Notes: generated by a model not told the origin, from the sequence alone. Positions 18,515-28,977 are shown, counted from the first letter of the stretch. The stretch: 64,000 bases of DNA from Pseudomonadota bacterium (GCA_043797085.1 JAZDQA010000006.1:128001-192000), one strand, 5' to 3'. Numbers and translations are program-made.

Positions 18515-18569
18515 GGCTTGTACCAACACTTTGAAACACCATCCCATCAAAACCCATGCTGTCCTTCTT
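18515..18569 (-). pseudogene. Degenerate copy of the 3' end of the Rad52-like gene
   Basis: Minus strand encodes KKDS..WDGVSKCWYKP, as at 26858-26922. Confidence 0.75.
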
Positions 18570-18576
18570 TTCTGTT

Positions 18577-21522
18577 TTACCTCACACTCAACGCTCTCGC
18601 AAAACTATCAAGCATTCCAGTTTTAAATGCTTCATCCCCTGCAAACAGTTTATACAACTCTAACTCTTTTTTTCTTTCTCTATTCATGATCTCAGCAACA
18701 ATTTTTTCCAATGCCAACCGTCTCGTATGTTCATCAAGATTTTCTGCATATTTGGCTTTATAATCTTGGTGTGTTTTTACCTTATCCATTAACGAAATGA
18801 ATTTTATCCGCTGTTCCTCCGGCGTTGCATCCCATCCTTGGAACCATCGTTCGTTAAACGTTTTGATAATCTCATCAAGAGGATTTTTTTCTTCTTCATC
18901 ACCGTGCGTGCCTCTAGGATTAGGGTTTTGAGGGTCAAACTGTGTTTCGCTCTCATCCAGACCTATTTTGGCACTCAGCTTCACTCTCTCTAGTCCATAG
19001 GTCGAGAGATCAACCGAATTTAAAAGTTCATCCAGTGCATCTTTGTCTTTATCTTTGATAATCATCTTGGGTATTAAAAATTTCAAGAACCAAAACAACT
19101 TCTCCCATGCCACTACCTCGTAAGGCATAATCGAACTCATCTGTGCGTAGATTTTGACGTATTGTTTTGCTTTGATTTTGTAATCGGCTTTTTGATCATC
19201 ATCGAGTTCCACTTCAATGTTAAATCGTGCAGCAGCCGTGTCAATGATAGGGGATAGCTCGCTTGCCTCTACTCCTCTAAAATATTTTTCAAAAAATGCA
19301 TCTACTTCACTTTGCTCATATACTCCGAACTCGTCAAGACTCTCTTTTAAATCATTGAGTACATTAATATCAGTAGCTTGGCTCAGTGTGGTAGAGGTGT
19401 AAAACGGATCAAATGAAGTTTTAATATCTTCAGTTTTGTTATAAAAATCCAATACAAAAAGGTCTTCCGTCTTTTTACCATATTTCGGAGCGGAACGGTT
19501 TAATCTGGAAAGTGCTTGCACCGCTAATACGCCTTGCAATTTTTTGTCCACATACATAGCACATAGTTTTGGCTGATCAAACCCCGTCAAAAACTTATTG
19601 GCTACGATGAGCAATTTGTACTCATCGCTATCAAATTTATCACTTATATCTTTAGAAGCAAACCCATTGATAATATCTTCAGTGTACTCGATACCGCCTA
19701 CCTCTTTTTGCCCTGAAAAAGCAATGATTACTTTAAATGGATTACCCAGCTCTCGCAATTTATTTACTACTGCTTTATGATAGACAATCGCTCTTTCGAT
19801 ATCCACAGTGACAATCATCCCCTTGGCGTTACCTTTGAGCTTTTTAGTCTTGAATATTTTTTCTACAAAATGATCGAGCATAATTTCCACTTTAGTCGCT
19901 ATGGTCGATGGATCTTTCTCGACAAAACCTCGAAGCCTTTTTTGCGCTTTTTTGGTATCAAACAACGGATTGTCTTCGATAGATTTTTCTATCTCGTAGT
20001 AGCTTTTGTACGTTGTGTAGTTTGAGAGTACATCGAGGATAAAGCCCTCTTCTATCGCTTGTTTCATAGAGTACAGATGAAACGGTTTATAGCTTCCGTC
20101 TTCTTGCTTGGTTCCAAACTTTTCAAGTGTTGTATTTTTTGGAGTGGCTGTAAATGCCAGATAGGAAGCGTTACCTTTCATTTTGCGGCTTTTCATGATT
20201 TCAAGAACTATATCTTGTGCATCCATCTCATCTTCGTACTCTTTTTTACCCATTGCTTCATTCATTTTTCCATGTGCTGTTCCGCTTTGGGAAGAGTGGG
20301 CTTCGTCAATAATGACAGCAAATCGTTTATCGCTAAGGTCACTTATTCCATCCACGATAAAAGGGAACTTTTGAATGGTCGTTAGAATGATCTTTTTTCC
20401 TTTTTCAAGATTACTTTTGAGATCACTAGAGCTATACGCAGGAGCAACGATATTTTTTTGTTCGCTAAACGCTTTGACGTTATCTCTCAGCTGTTTATCC
20501 AGTATCTTTCTATCGGTAACGATGATAACACTGTTGAATAGAGGATAATCCAATCCCTTGCTTCCGCTAACATCCTCACTTGCAGGATACGCTTCAATCA
20601 GCCCGTACGCACTCCATGCAATGGAGTTTGACTTTCCACTTCCTGCACTGTGTTGGATAAGATAGGTTTGCCCTGTTCCATTGTCACTCACATGCTTTAA
20701 AAGCTTTCGTACCACATCAAGCTGATGATAGCGTGGGAAATAAAGTGTATCACCATCGAGTCTTACGAAGTGTTGGACGATATTGGCTAAAGAGTGCTTG
20801 GTAAATATTTCTTCCCAGATATAAGCTGTTTTATGTCCGTTTTCATTAACAGGATTACCTGCCCCATGGTTGCTATTCCCTTTGTTAAACGGTAAAAAGA
20901 ACGTTTTAGTTCCCTCTAACTTGGTTGTCATATATGCTTCATCGGTATCAACCGCAAAATGAACCAGACATCGGGAAAAATTGAGGAGTGTTTCTTTTGG
21001 ATCGCGATCTTCTTTGTATTGCTTGATCCCATGGAATCTGGCATTTTGACCTGTCCATGCGTTTTTGAGTTCCATAGTGACGATAGGCAAGCCGTTGATA
21101 AACAATACCATGTCCATCTCAAGCATGGGATTTGTACGCGAATGAGTCACTTGTCTTGTTACGCTGAAGATATTAGAGTCAAACCGTTTTTTGAGTTCAT
21201 CACCGCTGGAAGCGAGAGGGGCTATAAAAAGAAACGTAAAATGGGCATCATCTACAGCAAGCCCTTTTTTTAGTATCTTGAGTACCCCGTATTTTTTGAT
21301 CATCTTATCAAGGCGTTGGATGGTTTTGAGTTTGTATTGCGGATCACGGCTGATCTTGTTTAGCTCATCAGCTTGGGTATCTTCCAAAAACTCCCAAAAC
21401 AGCTTCTCATCGATTGCGTATTCTTTGTTGAAATCTCTGTTTTCACCTTTGACGAAACCTTGCGCTAAAAGAGACTTTTCAATACTCGTTTCAAGTGCCA
21501 ATTCATTGGTTTGACTGCTCAT
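18577..21522 (-). CDS. hsdR: Type I restriction endonuclease subunit R
   Basis: DMVLFINGLPIVTMELK, QHSAGSGKS, DEAHSSQ, FTATP, LTGFDQP and QALSRLNR. Confidence 0.95.
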   Translation of the reverse strand: MSSQTNELALETSIEKSLLAQGFVKGENRDFNKEYAIDEKLFWEFLEDTQADELNKISRDPQYKLKTIQRLDKMIKKYGVLKILKKGLAVDDAHFTFLFIAPLASSGDELKKRFDSNIFSVTRQVTHSRTNPMLEMDMVLFINGLPIVTMELKNAWTGQNARFHGIKQYKEDRDPKETLLNFSRCLVHFAVDTDEAYMTTKLEGTKTFFLPFNKGNSNHGAGNPVNENGHKTAYIWEEIFTKHSLANIVQHFVRLDGDTLYFPRYHQLDVVRKLLKHVSDNGTGQTYLIQHSAGSGKSNSIAWSAYGLIEAYPASEDVSGSKGLDYPLFNSVIIVTDRKILDKQLRDNVKAFSEQKNIVAPAYSSSDLKSNLEKGKKIILTTIQKFPFIVDGISDLSDKRFAVIIDEAHSSQSGTAHGKMNEAMGKKEYEDEMDAQDIVLEIMKSRKMKGNASYLAFTATPKNTTLEKFGTKQEDGSYKPFHLYSMKQAIEEGFILDVLSNYTTYKSYYEIEKSIEDNPLFDTKKAQKRLRGFVEKDPSTIATKVEIMLDHFVEKIFKTKKLKGNAKGMIVTVDIERAIVYHKAVVNKLRELGNPFKVIIAFSGQKEVGGIEYTEDIINGFASKDISDKFDSDEYKLLIVANKFLTGFDQPKLCAMYVDKKLQGVLAVQALSRLNRSAPKYGKKTEDLFVLDFYNKTEDIKTSFDPFYTSTTLSQATDINVLNDLKESLDEFGVYEQSEVDAFFEKYFRGVEASELSPIIDTAAARFNIEVELDDDQKADYKIKAKQYVKIYAQMSSIMPYEVVAWEKLFWFLKFLIPKMIIKDKDKDALDELLNSVDLSTYGLERVKLSAKIGLDESETQFDPQNPNPRGTHGDEEEKNPLDEIIKTFNERWFQGWDATPEEQRIKFISLMDKVKTHQDYKAKYAENLDEHTRRLALEKIVAEIMNRERKKELELYKLFAGDEAFKTGMLDSFARALSVR

Positions 21523-22499
21523 TTTAACCTCTTTATATCTTCTTCAAGCTCTTTGATACTTTGTATTTTTTCTTGCTCTTTTTGAGTCTCTTTGTATTTT
21601 TGATACTCTAACTCACTTTTTGCTTTTGCCATATCATGAGAGATTTTTCCTGCATGGGTCAAGAGTTCTCGACCATTGAGAGAAATAACTGCATCAAGCC
21701 TCGCTATCCAGTCTTTCATGTACATTGGAGTGCGCTGCATCGCCATCGTCTCTGCAAATGCCAAATACTGCTCTACCAAAAGACCGAGAAGTTTTATCTC
21801 ATCTTCACCCAGATAGTTTTTAGCGATGCTGACATCTTTTTTAGTGACGTTTTTATTCTCTTTATCAAACGAACTCATCCCCAAAAGGGGCTTAGAAATA
21901 TCGACCCTGTTGTGTATCAGTTCAGCTGCCGTTTGCGTTGATACCGCCCATAAAAGCTTATTTTGGACGATTTTAAAAAACTCTACCGTTTTTTCATCTT
22001 TTGGGTTGTAGTCGATACTTGTCATATAGATGTCTTTGATCTTTTGATAAAAAAACTTCTCACTAAGACGAATATCACGAAGTCTGTTTTGCAATTCGTC
22101 AAAATAGCTCATAGAGGTGCCGCTTTTAAATCGATCGTCGTTGAGAACAAAGCCCTTCGTGATGTACTCTTTTAATCTTTCTTTTGCCCAAATGCGAAAT
22201 TTCGTCCCCGTAGATGAGCGCACCCTAAAGCCGATGGCGATAAACATATCGAGATTGTAGTGAGCCACATCGTAGTTTTTGCCATCACTTGCAGTTGTTC
22301 GGTAATTCCGAACAACTGCTATCTCGTCCAATTCTTCTTCTTCAAATATCGCTGTGATATGCTCGCTTATTGTCGATTTTGCTTTGCCGAATACGTCACA
22401 TATTTGTGCCTGCGTTAGCCAAAGCGAACCCTCTTCAAATCTCACATCAACTTTGATATTGCCATTATCGTTTTGGTAAATCAGTATCTCACTCATCAT
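21519..22499 (-). CDS. rhuM: RhuM-family protein
   Basis: WLTQAQI...TISEHI...YNLD..IAIGFRVRS..GTKFRIWA...QNKLLWAV. Confidence 0.85.
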   Translation of the reverse strand: MMSEILIYQNDNGNIKVDVRFEEGSLWLTQAQICDVFGKAKSTISEHITAIFEEEELDEIAVVRNYRTTASDGKNYDVAHYNLDMFIAIGFRVRSSTGTKFRIWAKERLKEYITKGFVLNDDRFKSGTSMSYFDELQNRLRDIRLSEKFFYQKIKDIYMTSIDYNPKDEKTVEFFKIVQNKLLWAVSTQTAAELIHNRVDISKPLLGMSSFDKENKNVTKKDVSIAKNYLGEDEIKLLGLLVEQYLAFAETMAMQRTPMYMKDWIARLDAVISLNGRELLTHAGKISHDMAKAKSELEYQKYKETQKEQEKIQSIKELEEDIKRLK

Positions 22500-23770
22500 G
22501 CCACCCTCACTTTCCCCGTTACTACACTGTCGATGAGTGTCGCTTTGTACTCTTTGAGCTTGGTTATATAGTTTTGTTGCAGTTCGATAGCGGCATCAAT
22601 TTTAGATGTATGCTCTTCGATGTAAGTGATGATTTTGAATTGCTCATCAATAGACGGAAAGCCTATTTTCATACTCATAAACATGTGCGAATAAAATCTT
22701 AATCGTGATGAATGTAATCCAGTTGAAACTCGATTGTAGTGCTCTATATATTTAACACTTTTTAAAAGATGCTCAATATAAGTCGAACTCAATATTATCT
22801 TATGCTGTCGATAAACAGCATAAGAAGAACTCACAATACCTTCTTGAGGAGAAATACCAAGCGCTCCCATCCATGCCCACATAATATTCATAACCAAATC
22901 ATCTTTTTGACATGTTTTAGAACCCGTATAATCTTCAGACATGAACATTGAAACGTTCTTTTCCGATCTTGGCGTTACACCAGTCATATGGGATACCGAA
23001 AGCAACTCTTCATTACCTGTACCTGAACGCTCATTTATCTCTTTAAAGATATATTTTCCTCGTTTAACCGTCCAATGCTCTGGTATCTCCCCGATCCACT
23101 CCACACCGCTATCTTTCATCGATGTATTTGGATTTAATCCTCTCGTCACTGCTTCGTTAATGACAATCTGACGACGCTCTTTGAGAAGTTCAATAAGTTG
23201 CTCTTTTTGGCGGATAGCTTGGTCGATTTGATCTGATTTTTTATTTAGAAAATTCACAATTGAATATTGTTCATCTACAGGTGGAAAAACTATTGCCAAT
23301 CGTTTAAAATCGATAAAACTCAAATTTTGTCTCAGCCCAGTTCCAAACTTATAGATCACTTTAGTTAGATCAAGAGCATGTAAATAGTAATACAAATATT
23401 CAGCATGACCATTTAATACATTCAAATTCAAATAAGCACTTGTAATAATGCCATGATTTCTGGAAAAGCCTGTCCTGAGACTTGTTTTATCATTTTGTAA
23501 ATCCATACATCGGATGATAATATCACCTGTTTGCACAATCTGATAAGTCTCAAATGACTCAGGCACAAGTCCCACCAACTTTTCGATTGGCTTTACAATA
23601 ATATTCCCATAACTAAGAGACAAGACTCTGTCTTCAATCATGCCAATATTTTTTCGCTTATTTTCTCTGTAAACTTTCATCCCTGGCACTATTTCCCAAT
23701 GTTCAGGAATTTCCCCCAACCACTCTACCCCGCTCTCTTTATACGATGAATATCTTTGTAACGTACTCAT
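22496..23770 (-). CDS. hsdS: Type I R-M specificity subunit
   Basis: Two repeats of K(E/D)SGVEW(L/I)GEIPEHW, P..DEQ segments, and C-terminal LIDSVVTGK. Confidence 0.95.
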   Translation of the reverse strand: MSTLQRYSSYKESGVEWLGEIPEHWEIVPGMKVYRENKRKNIGMIEDRVLSLSYGNIIVKPIEKLVGLVPESFETYQIVQTGDIIIRCMDLQNDKTSLRTGFSRNHGIITSAYLNLNVLNGHAEYLYYYLHALDLTKVIYKFGTGLRQNLSFIDFKRLAIVFPPVDEQYSIVNFLNKKSDQIDQAIRQKEQLIELLKERRQIVINEAVTRGLNPNTSMKDSGVEWIGEIPEHWTVKRGKYIFKEINERSGTGNEELLSVSHMTGVTPRSEKNVSMFMSEDYTGSKTCQKDDLVMNIMWAWMGALGISPQEGIVSSSYAVYRQHKIILSSTYIEHLLKSVKYIEHYNRVSTGLHSSRLRFYSHMFMSMKIGFPSIDEQFKIITYIEEHTSKIDAAIELQQNYITKLKEYKATLIDSVVTGKVRVA

Positions 23771-23771
23771 C

Positions 23772-26120
23772 TCATAGCCCCAAAATCTCTTTGATCAATC
23801 CGTCACTCGCTTCTTCGAGTTCCACGATCTCTTTCGCCACCGCTTCAAGGCTTCGTAGTGGTTTATGGGTATAGAAATATTTGTTAAAGCTGATCTCATA
23901 GCCGATTTTAACGCTGTCGAGATTGATCCACGCCTCACTCACATGCGGTTGTACCTCTCTGAGATAATACTCTAAAATATTCTCTTCCCTAGGAATGCTC
24001 TCACTATCTCGCAGATCGGTATCACTCTCATACTCGACAAATTCATATTTGCTTGCTGTCTTGTAGTAACCAAAATGCTCTAGCTCAACTTCACTACATC
24101 CCAAATGATCCAAAAGCTTATCGAGCTTGTCAGCGTTGATCTTGGATACCTTTTTGATCACTTTTTCAGCACTCTCATCGTACCAACTGATGGCGTTTAA
24201 AATAGCGTTTTTCTCTGGAGCCGTAAGCTTGATCTTCTCTTTTTTAATCACTCCATCCACTAACTCTCTAAAGAGATTAAAATCGTTGTATTCATCGGTG
24301 CCAATTTTTTCTTTGAGCAGATTTGCTGTCTCTAAAAGAGCTTTGTGTTTTGCCCACAGCTCTTTAGATAGCAAAGCTTTTTTCTGTTTGGCGTTTAGGT
24401 TGATTTCTTCTTTATCGAGATAGTGTTCGATCTCTTTTTGGTGCTTCATGATGTCAATATAACAATCCTCTTTAAACGCTTCAAGGCACCATCGCATAGG
24501 CTCCTCAAGAGCTTTATCAAATCGGAGAGTTTCTATCAGCTCATCTTTAAATTGTGCTTTGAGTCGTTTAGGGCGTTCGATATTGACTTTGTAATATCCA
24601 AAATCGCTGTTTTGGAAGATTTTAGACGCTATTTTTTTGCCGTCGAGTTCTTCATTGCACACGTTAAAGGCTTTATACACGTCCATAATTTTGGCAATGT
24701 GTTTGGATTCAAACTCACAGTTTTTATCACCAAGATTTTTTCGCAGTTTGCTGTAGAAGTCATTCGCATCGATGAGCTGAACTTGACCTTTTCGGCGTTC
24801 ATCCTTCTTGTTGCTCAGTATCCAAATATAGGTTGTGATCCCCGTATTGTAAAAGAGGTTGTTTGGAAGTTGGATGATACAATCGAGCATATCATTTTCA
24901 ATAATGAAACGGCGGATATTGCTCTCCCCCCCACCTGCATCACCCGTAAAGAGAGAACTGCCATTGTGTACCGAAGCGATACGACTCCCTATGAGATTTG
25001 AGGAAGCGGGCTTCATCTTGCCAACCATCTCCATTAAAAAAAGAAGCTGTCCATCACTGCTTCGTGGCGTTGCATCAGCATCAGCTTCCACTCCCCAATA
25101 ATCTTTTAGTTTGACAATAAAGCGTGTATCGATAACGTCGTTACCGTCTTTGATATACTTTTGTTCACTTGCCCATGATTTGCCGTAAGGAGGATTTGAG
25201 AGCATAAAATCGAACTTGATCCCTGCGAAATCATCGACACTCAACGTTGAGCCGTTTTTGATATTTTCAGGGTTGTTGCCTTTGATCATCATATCCGATT
25301 TACAGATAGCATAGGTTTCATCATTGATCTCTTTACCATAGAGGATGACATCTGCACTCGATTTGATATTCCCATCGGGATCTAAAATAAAGTTTTGCGA
25401 TTCGGTAAGCATCCCTCCACTACCGCACGCTGGGTCATAGATGGTCATAACAGGAGGTAAAACATCTTTAATCGGATCAAATACGATGTGTGTCATTAGA
25501 TCGATCACTTCTCGCGGGGTAAAGTGCTCTCCCGCTTCTTCATTGTTATCTTCGTTGAACTTTCGTATCAGTTCCTCAAAGACATATCCCATACCAAGGT
25601 TGGTAAGAGGTGGGAGTTTTTTACCCTCGGGGTCAAGGGCTTCTTTATCGGTGAGGTTGATGTACGGAGAGGTAAACTTTTCGAGAACCGATAAAAGGAC
25701 ATCTTTATCCGCCATATGTTTCATTTGGGCTTTGAGTTTGAATTTCTCTACGATCTCTTGTACGTTTGCGCTAAAACCGTTTAGATACTCTGTGAAATTT
25801 GCTTCTAGCATCTGGCTTGAGTTTGTTGCGGTGTCATAGAGCTTTTGAAGCGTCCAACGACTCGTATTGTAAAACACATAACCGCTTGCATCTTGAAGTC
25901 CCATATTATCAAGCTCTGTAAATTTAGCTTCTTCTGTTTGAAATCTAAGCTCTTCAAGAACCGCTTCTTTTGTAGGCTCTAAAAGTGCATCTAAACGTCG
26001 TAAAACGACCATCGGCAATATCACATCTCTGTATTTACCACGGACATAGACATCTCGTAAACAATCGTCTGCAATTGTCCATATAAAACTTACTAATTTG
26101 TTGTGTACTGCTTGATTCAT
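23772..26120 (-). CDS. hsdM: Type I R-M N6-adenine methyltransferase
   Basis: GEHFTPREV, YDPACGSGGML, NPPY and FYNTGI. Confidence 0.95.
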   Translation of the reverse strand: MNQAVHNKLVSFIWTIADDCLRDVYVRGKYRDVILPMVVLRRLDALLEPTKEAVLEELRFQTEEAKFTELDNMGLQDASGYVFYNTSRWTLQKLYDTATNSSQMLEANFTEYLNGFSANVQEIVEKFKLKAQMKHMADKDVLLSVLEKFTSPYINLTDKEALDPEGKKLPPLTNLGMGYVFEELIRKFNEDNNEEAGEHFTPREVIDLMTHIVFDPIKDVLPPVMTIYDPACGSGGMLTESQNFILDPDGNIKSSADVILYGKEINDETYAICKSDMMIKGNNPENIKNGSTLSVDDFAGIKFDFMLSNPPYGKSWASEQKYIKDGNDVIDTRFIVKLKDYWGVEADADATPRSSDGQLLFLMEMVGKMKPASSNLIGSRIASVHNGSSLFTGDAGGGESNIRRFIIENDMLDCIIQLPNNLFYNTGITTYIWILSNKKDERRKGQVQLIDANDFYSKLRKNLGDKNCEFESKHIAKIMDVYKAFNVCNEELDGKKIASKIFQNSDFGYYKVNIERPKRLKAQFKDELIETLRFDKALEEPMRWCLEAFKEDCYIDIMKHQKEIEHYLDKEEINLNAKQKKALLSKELWAKHKALLETANLLKEKIGTDEYNDFNLFRELVDGVIKKEKIKLTAPEKNAILNAISWYDESAEKVIKKVSKINADKLDKLLDHLGCSEVELEHFGYYKTASKYEFVEYESDTDLRDSESIPREENILEYYLREVQPHVSEAWINLDSVKIGYEISFNKYFYTHKPLRSLEAVAKEIVELEEASDGLIKEILGL

Positions 26121-26323
26121 CCGTCTGCCTCTAAAAAATCTTCATGATTACAATTGATTTTATTATTTTAGTATCTTGTCTTTATTATACATTTTGTATC
26201 TAATGTCGAAGCTTGATTGATAAATATTTTTTTTAATTACTATTACATGATACAAATATATTTAACAATTTAATTTCAAATAGTTATAGATATTGGTATT
26301 GGTCATTTGGATACTTAATCGGG

Positions 26324-26448
26324 TTCAGTTGTCGGTTTCATGCACATCACTAACACTACTTTGAGCCTAGCGAGATCTAGGCGTAGGATAGGGAAAGCAA
26401 GAGAGAACGAAGTGAGCGAAGAATCGGTGCATGAAATTGATAATTGAA
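26324..26448 (+). other. Long strand-specific stem-loop (possible single-strand origin or structured RNA)
   Basis: 26324-26345 pairs with 26427-26448 over 22 bp including 4 G-T pairs; inner hairpin GCCTAG-CGAGAT-CTAGGC. Confidence 0.55.
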
Positions 26449-26528
26449 AAAAATAAACTCTATTCCAAATGGGATAGGGGGGAGAGGGCTTTAGCCCTCT
26501 GGGGGGAAAGGGGGAAACTTCTTAGTTT

Positions 26529-26831
26529 TCACCCTCTTTTAATCTTGGATAATAGCGTAGGCTTAAACGATAAATCTCGCTCAATTGGAAGCCCTAGAGA
26601 ACCACGGAGTAATTCTAATTCATCAAGCGAGAAATATCCCAATTCACTCTCCATGCCTTGAACGAAGCCAAAGCACGTTTTTGAATCTTCTTTTGAAAAC
26701 TCTATGACATACCACGTCCAATTGCTATCTGGTGTGAACAGTTTGATATAACATATTGGATCGGATATTTCTTCCGTTGCGTATAAATCGGGAATTGCCT
26801 CTAGCAACTCTTGCGGTATCAGTATGCTCAT
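26529..26831 (-). CDS. DUF2958-family protein
   Basis: KLFTPDSNWTWYVIE...FGFVQGMESELGYFSLDEL...IERDLSF. Confidence 0.8.
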   Translation of the reverse strand: MSILIPQELLEAIPDLYATEEISDPICYIKLFTPDSNWTWYVIEFSKEDSKTCFGFVQGMESELGYFSLDELELLRGSLGLPIERDLSFKPTLLSKIKRG

Positions 26832-26832
26832 C

Positions 26833-27528
26833 TTATGCTGCCTGTTGATCTATTATAGGTTTGTACCAACACTTGGACACTCCATCCCATCGAAAACCAA
26901 ACGCCTTAATGCTATCCTTCTTGGCAAAGATGTCTTCACCAACAACAATAAGATGATTACCTTGGTTCACCACGGATAAACCGATTTTGTAAAGAGAAGC
27001 GTAATCTTGCGGTATATTGTTTTGCGCTTGCTCTTTTGGTTGTTGATTCTGATGTTGTTTTGCTGGTTCTAGCTGTTGTGCAGGTTGTTGATTGTGATGG
27101 ACACGGCTCTTATCATAGAGCGAATTTCCGAATTGGTTTCCAAACGAACGAAAACATCGTTTAATCGCATCAGTTACGGCTTCTTTTGACCCTCCTTCGT
27201 GCGAATCGGCTAAGCTTTTTGCAATGCCAGTACCAAAGCCAACATCTTCACGGCTGATATGTTTTGAGTGTGCTAGGTCGTGGACGACAACATTTACTAT
27301 GGCTTTATAGCAGATAACGATATTCGAATTTTGATTCGTCTCTTGGGAGACGTGTTCTAGCTTTGATATGCTGTAGCTCCAATTACCGTAACCGAAGATT
27401 TTATTTGCAGTTTCAATAATGTCATGCCCCTCGACATACGAGAGGTTGATATTATTTTTAGAACGGGTTTTAATTCTGCTACTATCGAGTTCATAGGATA
27501 GTGCCTGATTTTGCTTGTCGTTAAACAT
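26833..27528 (-). CDS. Rad52/Rad22-family single-strand annealing protein
   Basis: LSYVEGHDIIETANKIFGYGNWS, REDVGFG and KEAVTDAIKRCFRSFGNQFGNSLYDK. Confidence 0.88.
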   Translation of the reverse strand: MFNDKQNQALSYELDSSRIKTRSKNNINLSYVEGHDIIETANKIFGYGNWSYSISKLEHVSQETNQNSNIVICYKAIVNVVVHDLAHSKHISREDVGFGTGIAKSLADSHEGGSKEAVTDAIKRCFRSFGNQFGNSLYDKSRVHHNQQPAQQLEPAKQHQNQQPKEQAQNNIPQDYASLYKIGLSVVNQGNHLIVVGEDIFAKKDSIKAFGFRWDGVSKCWYKPIIDQQAA

Positions 27529-27541
27529 AATGTGTATCTCC

Positions 27542-28126
27542 TTATGCGACTTGTGCATCGACTAAACTGAGCAGTTCAGTAGCTTGATTGTTGGCGCTGC
27601 TTCGTTTTGCATTGACTTTGATACGAGATGGTATATGCTCTTCGGTAGAAATAATTTCAACATATTGGTCAACCTCTTCCATTCCCTCTATGGTACACAT
27701 CGCTTCCATTATCGATTTTTCATCAATGGTGACATTGACGTACCCTAATGAGATGAGCGCATTGGCATCGAGGATGGTGAGAGTGTTTTTGATCTTGGTC
27801 TTAGAGGGGGTGATGGTTATTGAGCTAATCATTGTTCCATCAATACGATCGACCCCATACTCCCCCAATACAGAGGCGACGGCTTCAAGTGCTATGCTCT
27901 TCGCACTCTCTAACGACTTTTTCATGGATTGAATCTCTTTGATCTCCAATGCAAGGTATTCAACCTTTTCATCTATCTCTTGGAATGAGAGTCCGATGTA
28001 GTCCGCTTTCACATGGAATGGCTTCTCCGATTCCAGTATGCCACGAATATGATGCTTGAACCAATCGAGGTTCGTAGGGTTAATGTGTTCCATCTCTTTG
28101 ACGAGTCTGTAACTTTCTGTCTTCAT
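27542..28126 (-). CDS. Hypothetical coiled-coil protein (possibly Gp157-like)
   Basis: ATG 28126 after AAGGA; coiled coil followed by a beta-rich part; next to the annealing protein. Family is a guess. Confidence 0.55.
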   Translation of the reverse strand: MKTESYRLVKEMEHINPTNLDWFKHHIRGILESEKPFHVKADYIGLSFQEIDEKVEYLALEIKEIQSMKKSLESAKSIALEAVASVLGEYGVDRIDGTMISSITITPSKTKIKNTLTILDANALISLGYVNVTIDEKSIMEAMCTIEGMEEVDQYVEIISTEEHIPSRIKVNAKRSSANNQATELLSLVDAQVA

Positions 28127-28158
28127 AATGATGTTCCTTTGTGGTGTAAGTGTAATTG

Positions 28159-28977
28159 CTAGGCTGCAATAGCCATAGTTGACTCGGGTGCTTTGATAGA
28201 GGCGATACGTTCGGCAATGTCCCATAGCCCCCGATTAACATCAACATCTTTGGAAATGGAAGTGATCTCACGAGATGTGAAATTGCGTCCTGTTTGAGTA
28301 TTAACCCCTTTGACGTTTCCACGTAATAGATTTTCCTGAATAATGTTCAAAGTTGTGTAAAGATCTGATCTCTCATCTTCTACTCTATGGGGGATCAGCA
28401 AGTCACGATGATTAACTTGAAGCTGTTCATCGAACCGTAGCGGTATTGCTGCTCTTGCAAATGACTCTTGTTCAATAGGAGTGAGGATAATAGCTTCAAA
28501 GGTATCGATCTTCTTTTGAAGAAGTGGTTTGAATGTACCAATATTAGCGATAGCAGTAGTGACATCGTTCTCACGATCTCCGATGTGTTTGATTTTATAG
28601 CTTTGAAAAACACTGTCAGCTACTACAAGACCGTTTGCACACACAAATCGATATATCCCGATGCTAATAGAAAATGCGGTACTACGATCATGGGAATTGA
28701 AGAGTAACAGCTCTACAGCATTTTCTTTTGGATTAACAAGGTCATCGAAATGACGGAAGCGCACTAGGTGACGCTGAAATCCTTCCTTGTTCTCATCTCG
28801 TACGGAGGCTTCTTGGACAGACACAGGGAACCAACTGTGTTGACGGATCTCATCGATGACTTCAACAGTGCTGACGAAGTGATAGGCATCGGATGCACTG
28901 GAATGGGGAGCACTGGTAAAGAGTGCGGGACATTGCTCTAGGAGCTGGGCTTGGGTTAGTGGGTGTAATGCAGACAT
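28159..28977 (-). CDS. DUF932/DUF945-family protein
   Basis: GFQRHLVRFRH, LLLFNSHDRS, YRFVCANGLV and IQENLLRG. Confidence 0.88.
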   Translation of the reverse strand: MSALHPLTQAQLLEQCPALFTSAPHSSASDAYHFVSTVEVIDEIRQHSWFPVSVQEASVRDENKEGFQRHLVRFRHFDDLVNPKENAVELLLFNSHDRSTAFSISIGIYRFVCANGLVVADSVFQSYKIKHIGDRENDVTTAIANIGTFKPLLQKKIDTFEAIILTPIEQESFARAAIPLRFDEQLQVNHRDLLIPHRVEDERSDLYTTLNIIQENLLRGNVKGVNTQTGRNFTSREITSISKDVDVNRGLWDIAERIASIKAPESTMAIAA

